DNA of 64,000 nucleotides from a virus (lineage: Duplodnaviria; Caudoviricetes), in the IMG/VR virus record IMGVR_UViG_3300032240_001531, positions 1-64,000 of that record; one strand, 5' to 3'. The translations under genes and the position numbers were made by a program. Below, piece by piece: positions 1 through 7,498 of this stretch. The notes below the pieces were generated by a model. The model saw only the letters and a list, made by a program, of their open reading frames with translations, was not told where the DNA came from and searched no databases. Each line of letters opens with the position of its first letter. Position 1 is the stretch's first letter.

Positions 1-81
1 CCCAACAAAAAGCCAATAGCCATTCGCCGATCAGGTGAATGGTGGCTATTGGCTTTTTGTTGGGTCGGCGCGACACGCCCG
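1..81. repeat. Conserved palindromic cassette-boundary element, copy 1 (cut by window edge)
   Basis: 22-bp inverted repeat CCCAACAAAAAGCCAATAGCCA/TGGCTATTGGCTTTTTGTTGGG followed by TCGGCGCGACACGCCCG; same frame as copies at 585 and 1380. Confidence 0.9.
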
Positions 82-110
82 AAAAACATGTTATCAAAAT
101 GTTATAAAAC

Positions 111-150
111 TCCCCGAGGGGAGCGGAGGGCTAGGGCTAGCCCTCCGCTA
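111..150 (-). terminator. GC-rich double hairpin after ORF 156-458
   Basis: AGCGGAGGGCTAG/CTAGCCCTCCGCT stem plus TCCCC-GA-GGGGA; near-identical copy at about 711-751. Confidence 0.6.
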
Positions 151-155
151 TTTTG

Positions 156-458
156 TTAGGCGTTTAGTTTTATCTTAGAGCGCTCTTTGATTACACAAAG
201 CAAAGTTTCTGCCATGTTGTCAAACATACCAAAGACACTTCCAGTGTCCTCGCCAGTTTCAGAATCAACGCTGAAAGTTTCTACCCTAAAAACTAATCTG
301 CTGTATTCATTGATTCTACCCTCTAAGATTATGGAGTTTTCTGTGTCTAGTTCATAAACCCAACTTAGAGTTTCTGGTTGGCGAACCATTGACAAACCTA
401 CCTCTAAAATCTGGTTATCAATGCTCTCGGTAAGTTCTGCTAGTGTTTTATTACTCAT
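156..458 (-). CDS. Early hypothetical protein (cassette 1)
   Basis: 100-aa ORF with AGAGAG-type RBS, 5' stem-loop and promoter upstream. Confidence 0.8.
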   Translation of the reverse strand: MSNKTLAELTESIDNQILEVGLSMVRQPETLSWVYELDTENSIILEGRINEYSRLVFRVETFSVDSETGEDTGSVFGMFDNMAETLLCVIKERSKIKLNA

Positions 459-504
459 TTTTGATACTCTCTCTGTTTTGGAGGAACACTCGGGGAACCT
501 CTCA

Positions 505-580
505 CTTACTAACTTACCGCTAAATAGGGCTATTAGATACCAATTTTGATAACGATATCGTTATATAACGATTTGATAAC
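505..580 (-). promoter_or_regulatory. Early promoter of cassette 1 with GTTAT-n6-GTTAT boxes
   Basis: Minus strand TTGGTATCTAATAGCCCTATTTAGCGG-TAAGTT; similar to 1300-1345 and 2243-2290. Confidence 0.6.
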
Positions 581-584
581 GGCC

Positions 585-684
585 CGCCAACCCAACAAGT
601 CTAAGAAATCGAAGATTTCTAGACTTGTCAAAAAAGCCAGTTAGCTATGCTACTGGCTTTTTTGTTGGGTCGGCGACACGCCCG
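585..684. repeat. Conserved branched palindromic element, copy 2
   Basis: CGCCAACCCAAC-[hairpin]-T-[hairpin]-GTTGGGTCGGCG-ACACGCCCG. Confidence 0.9.
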
Positions 685-756
685 AGATTTTCGTTATCAA
701 ATTGTTACAATCCCCGAGGGGAGCGGGAGGGCTAGAGCAACCCTCCCGCTATTCTG

Positions 757-1005
757 CTAAACTGTTGTGATAAGTGAAACTGGAGTGTCTTGTTCAGTGC
801 AATACTTTAGTTTGCCCCAAGGGGTTTCGATAAAGTAGTTGTAGCCCTCGCATTTAGATTCATGTTCGCGGTTGCAGTTTGAATCTAATTTGATTCTTAC
901 AGGTTCTACAAACTCATCGCCAGCCCAGATTGCCATGATGTAGCCGTTCCAGAGTTCGCCGTCGGATCCTGTGGTGATGTGTTGCTCAGTAATTCTAATT
1001 TCCAT
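757..1005 (-). CDS. Early hypothetical protein (cassette 2, gene 2)
   Basis: 82-aa ORF; AGGAA RBS lies inside the repeated 60-bp intergenic unit. Confidence 0.75.
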   Translation of the reverse strand: MEIRITEQHITTGSDGELWNGYIMAIWAGDEFVEPVRIKLDSNCNREHESKCEGYNYFIETPWGKLKYCTEQDTPVSLITTV

Positions 1006-1062
1006 TTCATTTCCTAACTGTTTGAGTGGTGGCAGTTTTACAGGTCTGCCAACTGTTTTGGA
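1002..1062 (-). repeat. About 60-bp intercistronic repeat, copy A (pseudoknot plus RBS)
   Basis: Nearly identical to 1864-1923: CATTTCATTTCCTAACTGTTT...GTGGCAGTTTTACAGGTCTGCCAACTGTTT. Confidence 0.9.
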
Positions 1063-1067
1063 ACTGA

Positions 1068-1253
1068 TTAGTTGTTTTTGCGAACTAACTCCATTAGTCC
1101 ATTCTTTATGTTGCCAATTGCTGAATTGATTGCCAAAGTGTCTTGCTGACTAAGTGTTGGTTTTGCCAGCTCTTGCTGTAGCAATTCCAAAACCTCGCCG
1201 TAAGCAAGTTGCTTACCAAGTCTGGTAACCAATTTAATCATCTCTGCATCCAT
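1068..1253 (-). CDS. Early hypothetical protein (cassette 2, gene 1)
   Basis: 61-aa helical ORF with AGAGAG RBS and leader stem-loop. Confidence 0.75.
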   Translation of the reverse strand: MDAEMIKLVTRLGKQLAYGEVLELLQQELAKPTLSQQDTLAINSAIGNIKNGLMELVRKNN

Positions 1254-1299
1254 GTTCTAGTTCTCTCTATTTGTGAGCAAGTTCTCTTGACTTGCTTCA

Positions 1300-1372
1300 C
1301 TACTAACATTACGGCAAAATAGGGTTATTACACTAAAAGTTACCATTTCGTTACATAACGAAATCGTTATAA
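1300..1372 (-). promoter_or_regulatory. Early promoter of cassette 2 with GTTAC/GTTAT boxes
   Basis: Minus strand TAATAACCCTATTTTGCCG-TAATGT; GTTAC-CATTTC-GTTAC at 1339-1354. Confidence 0.6.
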
Positions 1373-1379
1373 AACACGC

Positions 1380-1481
1380 CGCCAACCCAACAACTATTGG
1401 AAACTTCGTTTCCTAATAGTTGTCAAAGCCGCATATGCTAAAGCATATATGCGGCTTTGTTGGGTCGGCGCGACACGCCCG
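1380..1481. repeat. Conserved branched palindromic element, copy 3
   Basis: Same flanks as copy 2; arm sequences differ but remain complementary. Confidence 0.9.
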
Positions 1482-1544
1482 GGCTGCATTGTTACACAAC
1501 TGTTATAAAGAGTCAGTTTAGCCACTTGACTCAGGTGGTGTTGC

Positions 1545-1778
1545 TTATAGTTCGAAGTCGCGAGGGAAGGTGATTACTATCTCGCCCTTGTGGCTGTAAT
1601 TGATATCGAGTTTGATGTTTGTCTCGATAGCTTGCACGAGCAAGCGAGTAATCAACTTGTCGTCTGCCCAAGCGTTGCCGTTGCATACATCACAAGTGCC
1701 TGATGCAGTGCCACAGCCACGCTGGTTTATCAGGTTCGGCTTGTCGCTGAACAGGTGGATACTAGTTATTCTTGCCAT
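1545..1778 (-). CDS. Early hypothetical protein, possible Zn-binding (C...CxxC)
   Basis: 77-aa ORF containing GCGTASGTCDVC. Confidence 0.7.
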   Translation of the reverse strand: MARITSIHLFSDKPNLINQRGCGTASGTCDVCNGNAWADDKLITRLLVQAIETNIKLDINYSHKGEIVITFPRDFEL

Positions 1779-1779
1779 T

Positions 1780-1866
1780 TTATTTTCCTAACTTAGATAC
1801 TAGATAACCAATTGCAAAGGCAATGATCATTTCCAATAGGTCTTGCCCGTTTATTATGTGTGTCAT
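1780..1866 (-). CDS. Small hydrophobic peptide (28 aa)
   Basis: MTHIINGQDLLEMIIAFAIGYLVSKLGK; ATG follows the RBS of repeat copy B. Confidence 0.6.
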   Translation of the reverse strand: MTHIINGQDLLEMIIAFAIGYLVSKLGK

Positions 1867-1923
1867 TTCATTTCCTAACTGTTTAGTGTGTGGCAGTTTT
1901 ACAGGTCTGCCAACTGTTTGGAG
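1864..1923 (-). repeat. About 60-bp intercistronic repeat, copy B
   Basis: Duplicate of 1002-1062. Confidence 0.9.
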
Positions 1924-1927
1924 CGTT

Positions 1928-2197
1928 TTATGCCAATGGTAATTCTGTGATGTCTGGCATAATCCATTCTGGAGCCGAACCGTTGACTTCATCAACTTGC
2001 CAGAGTCCATCAACAGACTGCCAAGAATGTGACTGTGCAATTCTGAAACTGTCAATGCCCTGAACTGTGATAGTCAAGATAGACTGCTGACCACTGACAT
2101 CATTGCCAACTGTGTACCCTGATACTTTACCAATGACTGAACTATCTAGTGCTTCATTAGCAAGATAGATAGTGTCGCCGATAGATAACTTGAACAT
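1928..2197 (-). CDS. Early hypothetical protein (cassette 3, gene 1)
   Basis: 89-aa ORF with AGAGAG RBS. Confidence 0.75.
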   Translation of the reverse strand: MFKLSIGDTIYLANEALDSSVIGKVSGYTVGNDVSGQQSILTITVQGIDSFRIAQSHSWQSVDGLWQVDEVNGSAPEWIMPDITELPLA

Positions 2198-2242
2198 AAT
2201 TACTACTCTCTATTAGTGGCAAACTCTGGGGGCTTGCTCTAC

Positions 2243-2302
2243 TATCAACATTACACCTGCCAAGCCTATTAGGATACCAATTTAGGTTACAAAATGGTAA
2301 CG
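2243..2302 (-). promoter_or_regulatory. Early promoter of cassette 3
   Basis: Minus strand TTGGTATCCTAATAGGCTTGGCAGGTG-TAATGT; GTTAC-n6-GTAAC at 2286-2301. Confidence 0.6.
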
Positions 2303-2310
2303 ATTAGTTC

Positions 2311-2368
2311 CGATCATCTGTTCGGACAAGATGCTTTGGGGGGGTACGGTTAGGCGAACACTTGTTCG
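2311..2368. promoter_or_regulatory. Two putative LexA (SOS) boxes
   Basis: CGAAC-ACTT-GTTCG (2355-2368, perfect CGAAC-N4-GTTCG) and CGATC-ATCT-GTTCG (2311-2324, one mismatch). Confidence 0.6.
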
Positions 2369-2682
2369 GGAAAGCCGCCAGGGCTTCCCTACGAGTGGGG
2401 TCTAATAAAGTTAGGCAGTAGCCTAAAGGGCGGGGGGTAGCGGGCGCAGCTGTTTGGGTGTTTGGGTGTTTGTAATGAAATCGTTATGAAATCGTTACTT
2501 AAGCTGTGAGGCAGGTGGCCTGCGCAGCTAGTTAAATATTTGATTATCTTTTTGTTTTAATAGGAATACTTATTTGATTGGTATAGCTGTGCTAGCTGCG
2601 CCGCCTTACCTGCAAATTTCACAATATTAGATGTTGTTGTTTTTCGTGTTATAATCTGTTCCCTATGGTTTATACTGGAGCA

Positions 2683-3006
2683 ATGAGTAGCAGAAATAAA
2701 AAATCTAGAGATATGCGTAAGGCTGGCCGAACAGCTCACTTTGAAGCTGGAGTCAGCGGTGGCCGCGAGTATTGGGACAACAGAGACAACGGTCCTCATA
2801 AAGACACTTATGAATGGTCTACAAGGACTACCTTCCCTTTCGGTCCTAAAGAGCAGAAAGCAACAGGTCTAGACTGGCACATGAAGACCGGTAAGTATCC
2901 TACACATCACCCATCTATGGAGTATGACGAGCGTTGTCCTAAGTGCGAGAGCTTAGACCGTACCTTTGACCATCCTAATGGACGTAAGTGGTCGGACGTA
3001 GAGTAA
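2683..3006 (+). CDS. Hypothetical protein with CxxC, probably leaderless
   Basis: TATACT lies 6 nt before ATG 2683; CPKC motif. Confidence 0.7.
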   Translation: MSSRNKKSRDMRKAGRTAHFEAGVSGGREYWDNRDNGPHKDTYEWSTRTTFPFGPKEQKATGLDWHMKTGKYPTHHPSMEYDERCPKCESLDRTFDHPNGRKWSDVE

Positions 3007-3032
3007 TAAAGCAATGAGTAGAAAGAGAAGCA

Positions 3033-3227
3033 ATGCCGTTATATGAAACAAGCTGTAACCTATGCAGCCAAAAGACTTTGCACAACGCTGTAGATGAAGC
3101 GGGAGCTGAAAAGAAGCATCGCGCGCTTGACTCGCACAAGGAAGCTCAATCACAGTTTGATGCGATAATAAAAAAGTACGAAGACAAGCGTGCTGCTTTC
3201 GAGCATGGTAAAGACCATAACGACTAA
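3033..3227 (+). CDS. Small CxxC protein
   Basis: MPLYETSCNLC; TAATG coupling to the next gene. Confidence 0.7.
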   Translation: MPLYETSCNLCSQKTLHNAVDEAGAEKKHRALDSHKEAQSQFDAIIKKYEDKRAAFEHGKDHND

Positions 3228-3595
3228 TGAAGCCTAAAAAAGGGCAGTTTAAGTTCAATGGTCCGCTACAGATTACTCACTCAAAACTTACAGAACCTTC
3301 CGAGTTTGGTGATACAAAGATAACTGCCTCTAAATTTGGTAAAGAAGTTGGGCATATGGGGCTACATCGAGAAGATAGCCAACTTACTTTTGCTGATGGT
3401 GCGACCTCACTGAGTGGCGTAACTGGCAGTAGGAAGTTTCGTGAAGTAGCAATGGTTAGAGTAAATAAGGGCCAAAGACGTAAAGGTGTTGCAACAGCTA
3501 TGTGGAAGTACGCTAAAGACAATGACCTAAAGCCAGAGCATAGCGCCGCACAAACAGATGCAGGCAAAGCCTGGGCTAAGAAAGTAGGCGACTAA
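3227..3595 (+). CDS. GNAT-family acetyltransferase-like protein
   Basis: Acetyl-CoA motif A V-x-V-x4-RRKGVATAM followed by HS..QTDAGKAW. Confidence 0.75.
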   Translation: MKPKKGQFKFNGPLQITHSKLTEPSEFGDTKITASKFGKEVGHMGLHREDSQLTFADGATSLSGVTGSRKFREVAMVRVNKGQRRKGVATAMWKYAKDNDLKPEHSAAQTDAGKAWAKKVGD

Positions 3596-3822
3596 TGAAG
3601 CCCCGCGGACTATTAGAAGAGTTTGCAAAAGGTCGTTCTCCAGAACTACACCAAGTACTAGGTGTATTCACCCAAAATAATGCCGTTTTAGGGCTAGATG
3701 TGATGGGGGCAATTAGATTGAATGATGGTATCTTTAGTGGACCAAAAGGCGCCTATCAACGGTATACTACTTCTAAGGCAGCATCAGATGTTGCACAAAC
3801 CCCTTACGGAAGTTCAATATGA
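3595..3822 (+). CDS. Hypothetical protein
   Basis: Translationally coupled ORF in operon. Confidence 0.65.
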   Translation: MKPRGLLEEFAKGRSPELHQVLGVFTQNNAVLGLDVMGAIRLNDGIFSGPKGAYQRYTTSKAASDVAQTPYGSSI

Positions 3823-4124
3823 ATCCAAAAGAAGAGCAATTTAAAAAAGTCCACAAAGAGACCATGGGACAACTTGATAGCACTATTAAGTTAACTAGAG
3901 GCCTTGCCGATATTTTTAGTAACACCAGTATGTCTTCCAGTGAGAAGGATGCCGCTATAGATGCCCTAAACAAGTCTGTAACGGCCAGCCCGTCGACTAC
4001 AAGCACTGAACATGAATATAATGAGGCAATGTCTCAAGACCCTCGCTACAACGCTCCTGAAGACTTAGAGTCTATGGGTAATGCAATGTTTAAAGCAGAA
4101 CAGGAAAAAAATAATGGAGCCTAA
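3819..4124 (+). CDS. Hypothetical protein (N-terminal PKxxQF)
   Basis: ATGA overlap; 101 aa. Confidence 0.7.
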   Translation: MNPKEEQFKKVHKETMGQLDSTIKLTRGLADIFSNTSMSSSEKDAAIDALNKSVTASPSTTSTEHEYNEAMSQDPRYNAPEDLESMGNAMFKAEQEKNNGA

Positions 4125-4266
4125 AGATAAGCAGCTAGAACCTAAGCGTAATTCGTTGCCAAGCAAGTGTGATACTTGTGGTGGCGGTTTTCACAATGGT
4201 TTTTATGGTAGCCCTACTACTTGTGATGATTGCATTGTAGAAGCTGAAGAAAAGGGTAAGAAGTAA
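4114..4266 (+). CDS. Small zinc-finger protein
   Basis: CDTC...CDDC; GGA RBS before ATG 4114. Confidence 0.65.
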   Translation: MEPKDKQLEPKRNSLPSKCDTCGGGFHNGFYGSPTTCDDCIVEAEEKGKK

Positions 4267-4592
4267 TGCCTTTTAAAGGAAGACAATTTAAAGGCTTAAC
4301 GCCTGAACAAAAGAAATCTGCTCGTATTGCTCAGGGTGGAGAATATCGTGTAACTCAAGGGCATTTAGCTTCTGAGTCTTTAAGCCCATCTACTACAAGC
4401 GGTAGAAAGAAAGTTGTTGACACTGCGATGTCAAACAATAAGAGAGAACTTGAAAACTTTCGCAATTCTGGTAAAAGTGTTAAAGACCTTGACCGAATGT
4501 ATAAGACTACTGGTAAAACAGTAGAAGCTAGTGGTGGGGCCATTGCTCGTATTAGAGCCGGCGAACCTGCTAGATATGATAAGGGTAGATAA
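4266..4592 (+). CDS. Basic hypothetical protein
   Basis: TAATG-coupled; N-terminus MPFKGRQF. Confidence 0.7.
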   Translation: MPFKGRQFKGLTPEQKKSARIAQGGEYRVTQGHLASESLSPSTTSGRKKVVDTAMSNNKRELENFRNSGKSVKDLDRMYKTTGKTVEASGGAIARIRAGEPARYDKGR

Positions 4593-4933
4593 TGGCTGAA
4601 AAGAAAAAAGCAACCGCAAGTAAAGCTAAAACTAAAGCCGGTACTACTAAAGACGGTAAAAAGGTTTATGGACCGTTTAAAGGCTCTGCTAAGAACGGTG
4701 GGCGTCCTATGATGTCTGTTGTGAATAAAGATGGTTCTCGTACATCTATTGATGCTGCTAAGTACAAGTACGAGAAGAAAACAGGCAAGAAGTTGCCTAA
4801 AGGTACCGACGTTGACCACAAGGACAACAACCATTCTAATGACAGCATGTCTAACCTTCGCCCTATGAAGCACGGTAAGAACACTGCTAAAGAGAACAAG
4901 CGTCGTGCAGGTAAAAAAGAAAACGACAAATAA
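4592..4933 (+). CDS. HNH-motif protein
   Basis: DVDHKDNNHSNDSMSNLRPM..GKN matches the HNH pattern. Confidence 0.75.
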   Translation: MAEKKKATASKAKTKAGTTKDGKKVYGPFKGSAKNGGRPMMSVVNKDGSRTSIDAAKYKYEKKTGKKLPKGTDVDHKDNNHSNDSMSNLRPMKHGKNTAKENKRRAGKKENDK

Positions 4934-5034
4934 TTCGGTTTAGATAAGAAATCTGAAACAACTCACGCCATACTTATTACTATGGCGTTCCGATCAAGCG
5001 TCTTTAAATCTATCTCTAGAGAAAGTATAAATCA

Positions 5035-7413
5035 ATGGCAAACAACCTAGGTGACCTTCAGGACAGCGGTACGCTAGTCCAAAACACCAATGCAATTGTG
5101 AACGGTGCCACTACAAACAGCACTAGCGTCATCATTGCCGCAGCTAACCCTTACATATTCGTTGGTCAGACCGTAACTGGTTCTGGTATCCAAAATGCTA
5201 ACGGTATCACAGGAGCTACTAAAGTCACAGCAATTAGCGCTGATGGACTAACCCTAACCCTTAGCAACCCTGCAACTCTTGTAGACAAGGTGACTCTTGT
5301 CTTCCTATCTGTTTATGCACCTACTGCTACCACTACTGTAAACGGTGCTATCTCAAGCGCAACTAACTCAGTTACTATTGTTGCTAACACCCTAATTGCT
5401 GTTGGTCAGCTTGTTTCTGGTGTCGGTATCAACGCAGCTACTGCTACAACAGCTAACACTGTAAACAACAACGCTACCTCTACTACCTTGGTTCTTAACG
5501 CTGCTACTTCTGCGGCAGTTGCAGACAAGGCTGTCCTAGTGTTCTGGAACTTGGCTAACGCTAACATCAGTACTGACTTTGTATGGGGTAACTATGCAAT
5601 TCAGCCAAACGATGACCGCGCAACCACTCCTGCTGGTAACTTTGTTGCTTCTGGTGTTACAACTGCAAAGATTACAGATGCATCTAGCACTGGTAAGATT
5701 ACTACTTTTATAACTGACGTAGCCCACGGTATTTCGGCAGGTCAGTACGTAAACACTGGTGTCTATGCTATCGGTGGTACAGTTGCTGTTCCAACAGCGG
5801 GTACAACAGTATCTAACCAAACAGGTACCTCTTCTACTGTAACTCTTGCTGCTGCTACTCCAACCGCTGACACTACTCAGGGAACTGTAACTCTAGCCAC
5901 TTCTGCTGCCCACAATATTAGCGTTGGTGAACTAGTAACTATCTCAGGTGGTTTGACTACAGCCGCTGTTTACAACGGTACTTTTACAGCTTTGGCTGGT
6001 ACAACTGGTAGCACACTAGTAGTTGCTAACGCTACTGCTGCTGTTGCTTCACCTGCTGCAACAACTACAGCTTGTACTCTTGCCGTTAACCACTTCGATG
6101 TTAACAGTGCCCTTGTACTATCTGTACCTTCAACAACTACGTTTACAATTGCTCAAGCGCTTCCAAATATTAACGCAGTTGCTCCTACAGGTAAGACTGC
6201 TTCTCTTGAGGTTGTTTATGACTCAAGCTGGTCAGCTACTACTAAAGCACAGAGCTCACGTCTAGCTGTTTCTAAACTTACTGACAGCAACAGCAAGGAT
6301 AGGTTCGTAATTAGCAACACTGTAAACGGAAACTCTCTAGAGACTCCAATTGACAGTGCTCTTCTTGTAGATTCAGGTTTCTACGGTTTCCCTAACTTCA
6401 ACACTGGTAAGTATTCAGCATCTGCTGCTACTGTTGGTGGGAGCACAGGTAACTCATATATCGTAGTAACTTGCCCAAACAACTTTGCTGAGACCCTAAC
6501 TCTAGGTACAAGCACAGTAAACGTAACTGGTTTCAACAACACTGCTCTAACCACAGCCCTAACTGGTGCAATTGTCGTTGCGGCTACTTCTGACTACTTC
6601 GTGGTTGCAGGTACTAACGCACTTCTAGGTACAACCGTAACCGGTACTGCACTTGTGCAGGTTGTTGGTTGGGGTATTGCAAACTACAACGTAACTGCCG
6701 TTACTGTTGATGGTACTACTAACACCACTTACATCTACACTGCACAGAACAACTTGCAGAAGGGTGACAAGGTTACAGTTACCGGTTTGGTTAGCAACGC
6801 CACATTGAACCCTAACATCAGCAACGTAACTGTGGCTTCTGCAACTGCTACTAGCTTTACAGTAACTGGTCAGACTGCTTCAACTGTTAACTACTCATTC
6901 ACTGGTCAGGTTGGTAAGGCAGAATACACAAACGCTTTGGCTAACGTGGATGGTGCTTTTGCTACAGGTACTTTCGGTTATCTAGTTCCTAGCGTAATTG
7001 GTAAGTACGACGCTTTGGCAAACGACGCCCTAAAGGACCGTGGTTTTGTACAGAGCGCTGGTTCAACTACATCATCAAGCTCTAACGCAGTAACTATCAG
7101 CTCTGTTGCTCGTACTGCTGGTAGCACCCTGGCTGTTCTAACCCGCAGCGCAGGAACTGACTTTACCAACATTGTTGTCGGTGACGTTCTGACTGTATCT
7201 AGCTCATCTCTTGCAGGTCTTGTGAACGCACTTGACTACCAGGTTGTAGCTAAGATTGATGCAAACAACGTTGTAGTTAACTCAGGCTCTAGCGCAGTAC
7301 TTTCATCAGGTACCCTAACCCTAACCCCACGTGTTGGTACAGTCCACGCTCAGCAGTATGCTGCTGGTACTGCACGTACAACTACTGCAATTACTACTGG
7401 CCTCTGGGCTTAA
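5035..7413 (+). CDS. Large Thr/Ala/Val-rich virion protein with repeated beta modules and a split C-terminal PASTA-like domain
   Basis: Repeats VGQxVxGxGI and HxIxVGxxVTISG..YNGTF; VPSVIG..A.DALKDRGF ... GTVHAQ is PASTA-like. Confidence 0.65.
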   Translation: MANNLGDLQDSGTLVQNTNAIVNGATTNSTSVIIAAANPYIFVGQTVTGSGIQNANGITGATKVTAISADGLTLTLSNPATLVDKVTLVFLSVYAPTATTTVNGAISSATNSVTIVANTLIAVGQLVSGVGINAATATTANTVNNNATSTTLVLNAATSAAVADKAVLVFWNLANANISTDFVWGNYAIQPNDDRATTPAGNFVASGVTTAKITDASSTGKITTFITDVAHGISAGQYVNTGVYAIGGTVAVPTAGTTVSNQTGTSSTVTLAAATPTADTTQGTVTLATSAAHNISVGELVTISGGLTTAAVYNGTFTALAGTTGSTLVVANATAAVASPAATTTACTLAVNHFDVNSALVLSVPSTTTFTIAQALPNINAVAPTGKTASLEVVYDSSWSATTKAQSSRLAVSKLTDSNSKDRFVISNTVNGNSLETPIDSALLVDSGFYGFPNFNTGKYSASAATVGGSTGNSYIVVTCPNNFAETLTLGTSTVNVTGFNNTALTTALTGAIVVAATSDYFVVAGTNALLGTTVTGTALVQVVGWGIANYNVTAVTVDGTTNTTYIYTAQNNLQKGDKVTVTGLVSNATLNPNISNVTVASATATSFTVTGQTASTVNYSFTGQVGKAEYTNALANVDGAFATGTFGYLVPSVIGKYDALANDALKDRGFVQSAGSTTSSSSNAVTISSVARTAGSTLAVLTRSAGTDFTNIVVGDVLTVSSSSLAGLVNALDYQVVAKIDANNVVVNSGSSAVLSSGTLTLTPRVGTVHAQQYAAGTARTTTAITTGLWA

Positions 7414-7424
7414 TAGTTAAATAG

Positions 7425-7456
7425 AAAAACCCCAGTCGTTTGGCTGGGGTTTTTTT
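7425..7456 (+). terminator. Intrinsic terminator
   Basis: AAAAACCCCAGTC-GTTT-GGCTGGGGTTTTTTT. Confidence 0.85.
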
Positions 7457-7498
7457 ATTTAAACTGCTAAACTTAAAAAAAAGGAATAGGATTTAATT

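Noticed and set aside
1-1481. CRISPR array interpretation of the repeated elements, given the Cas4-like gene at 62148
   Set aside because: The units are 500-800 bp apart, contain whole genes and have variable internal arms. No cas1/cas2 is present, and solo Cas4-like nucleases are common in phage recombination clusters.
1867-2055. Long N-terminal version of ORF 1780-2055
   Set aside because: It overlaps ORF 1928-2197 and runs through the pseudoknot repeat; the RBS supports a start at 1866.
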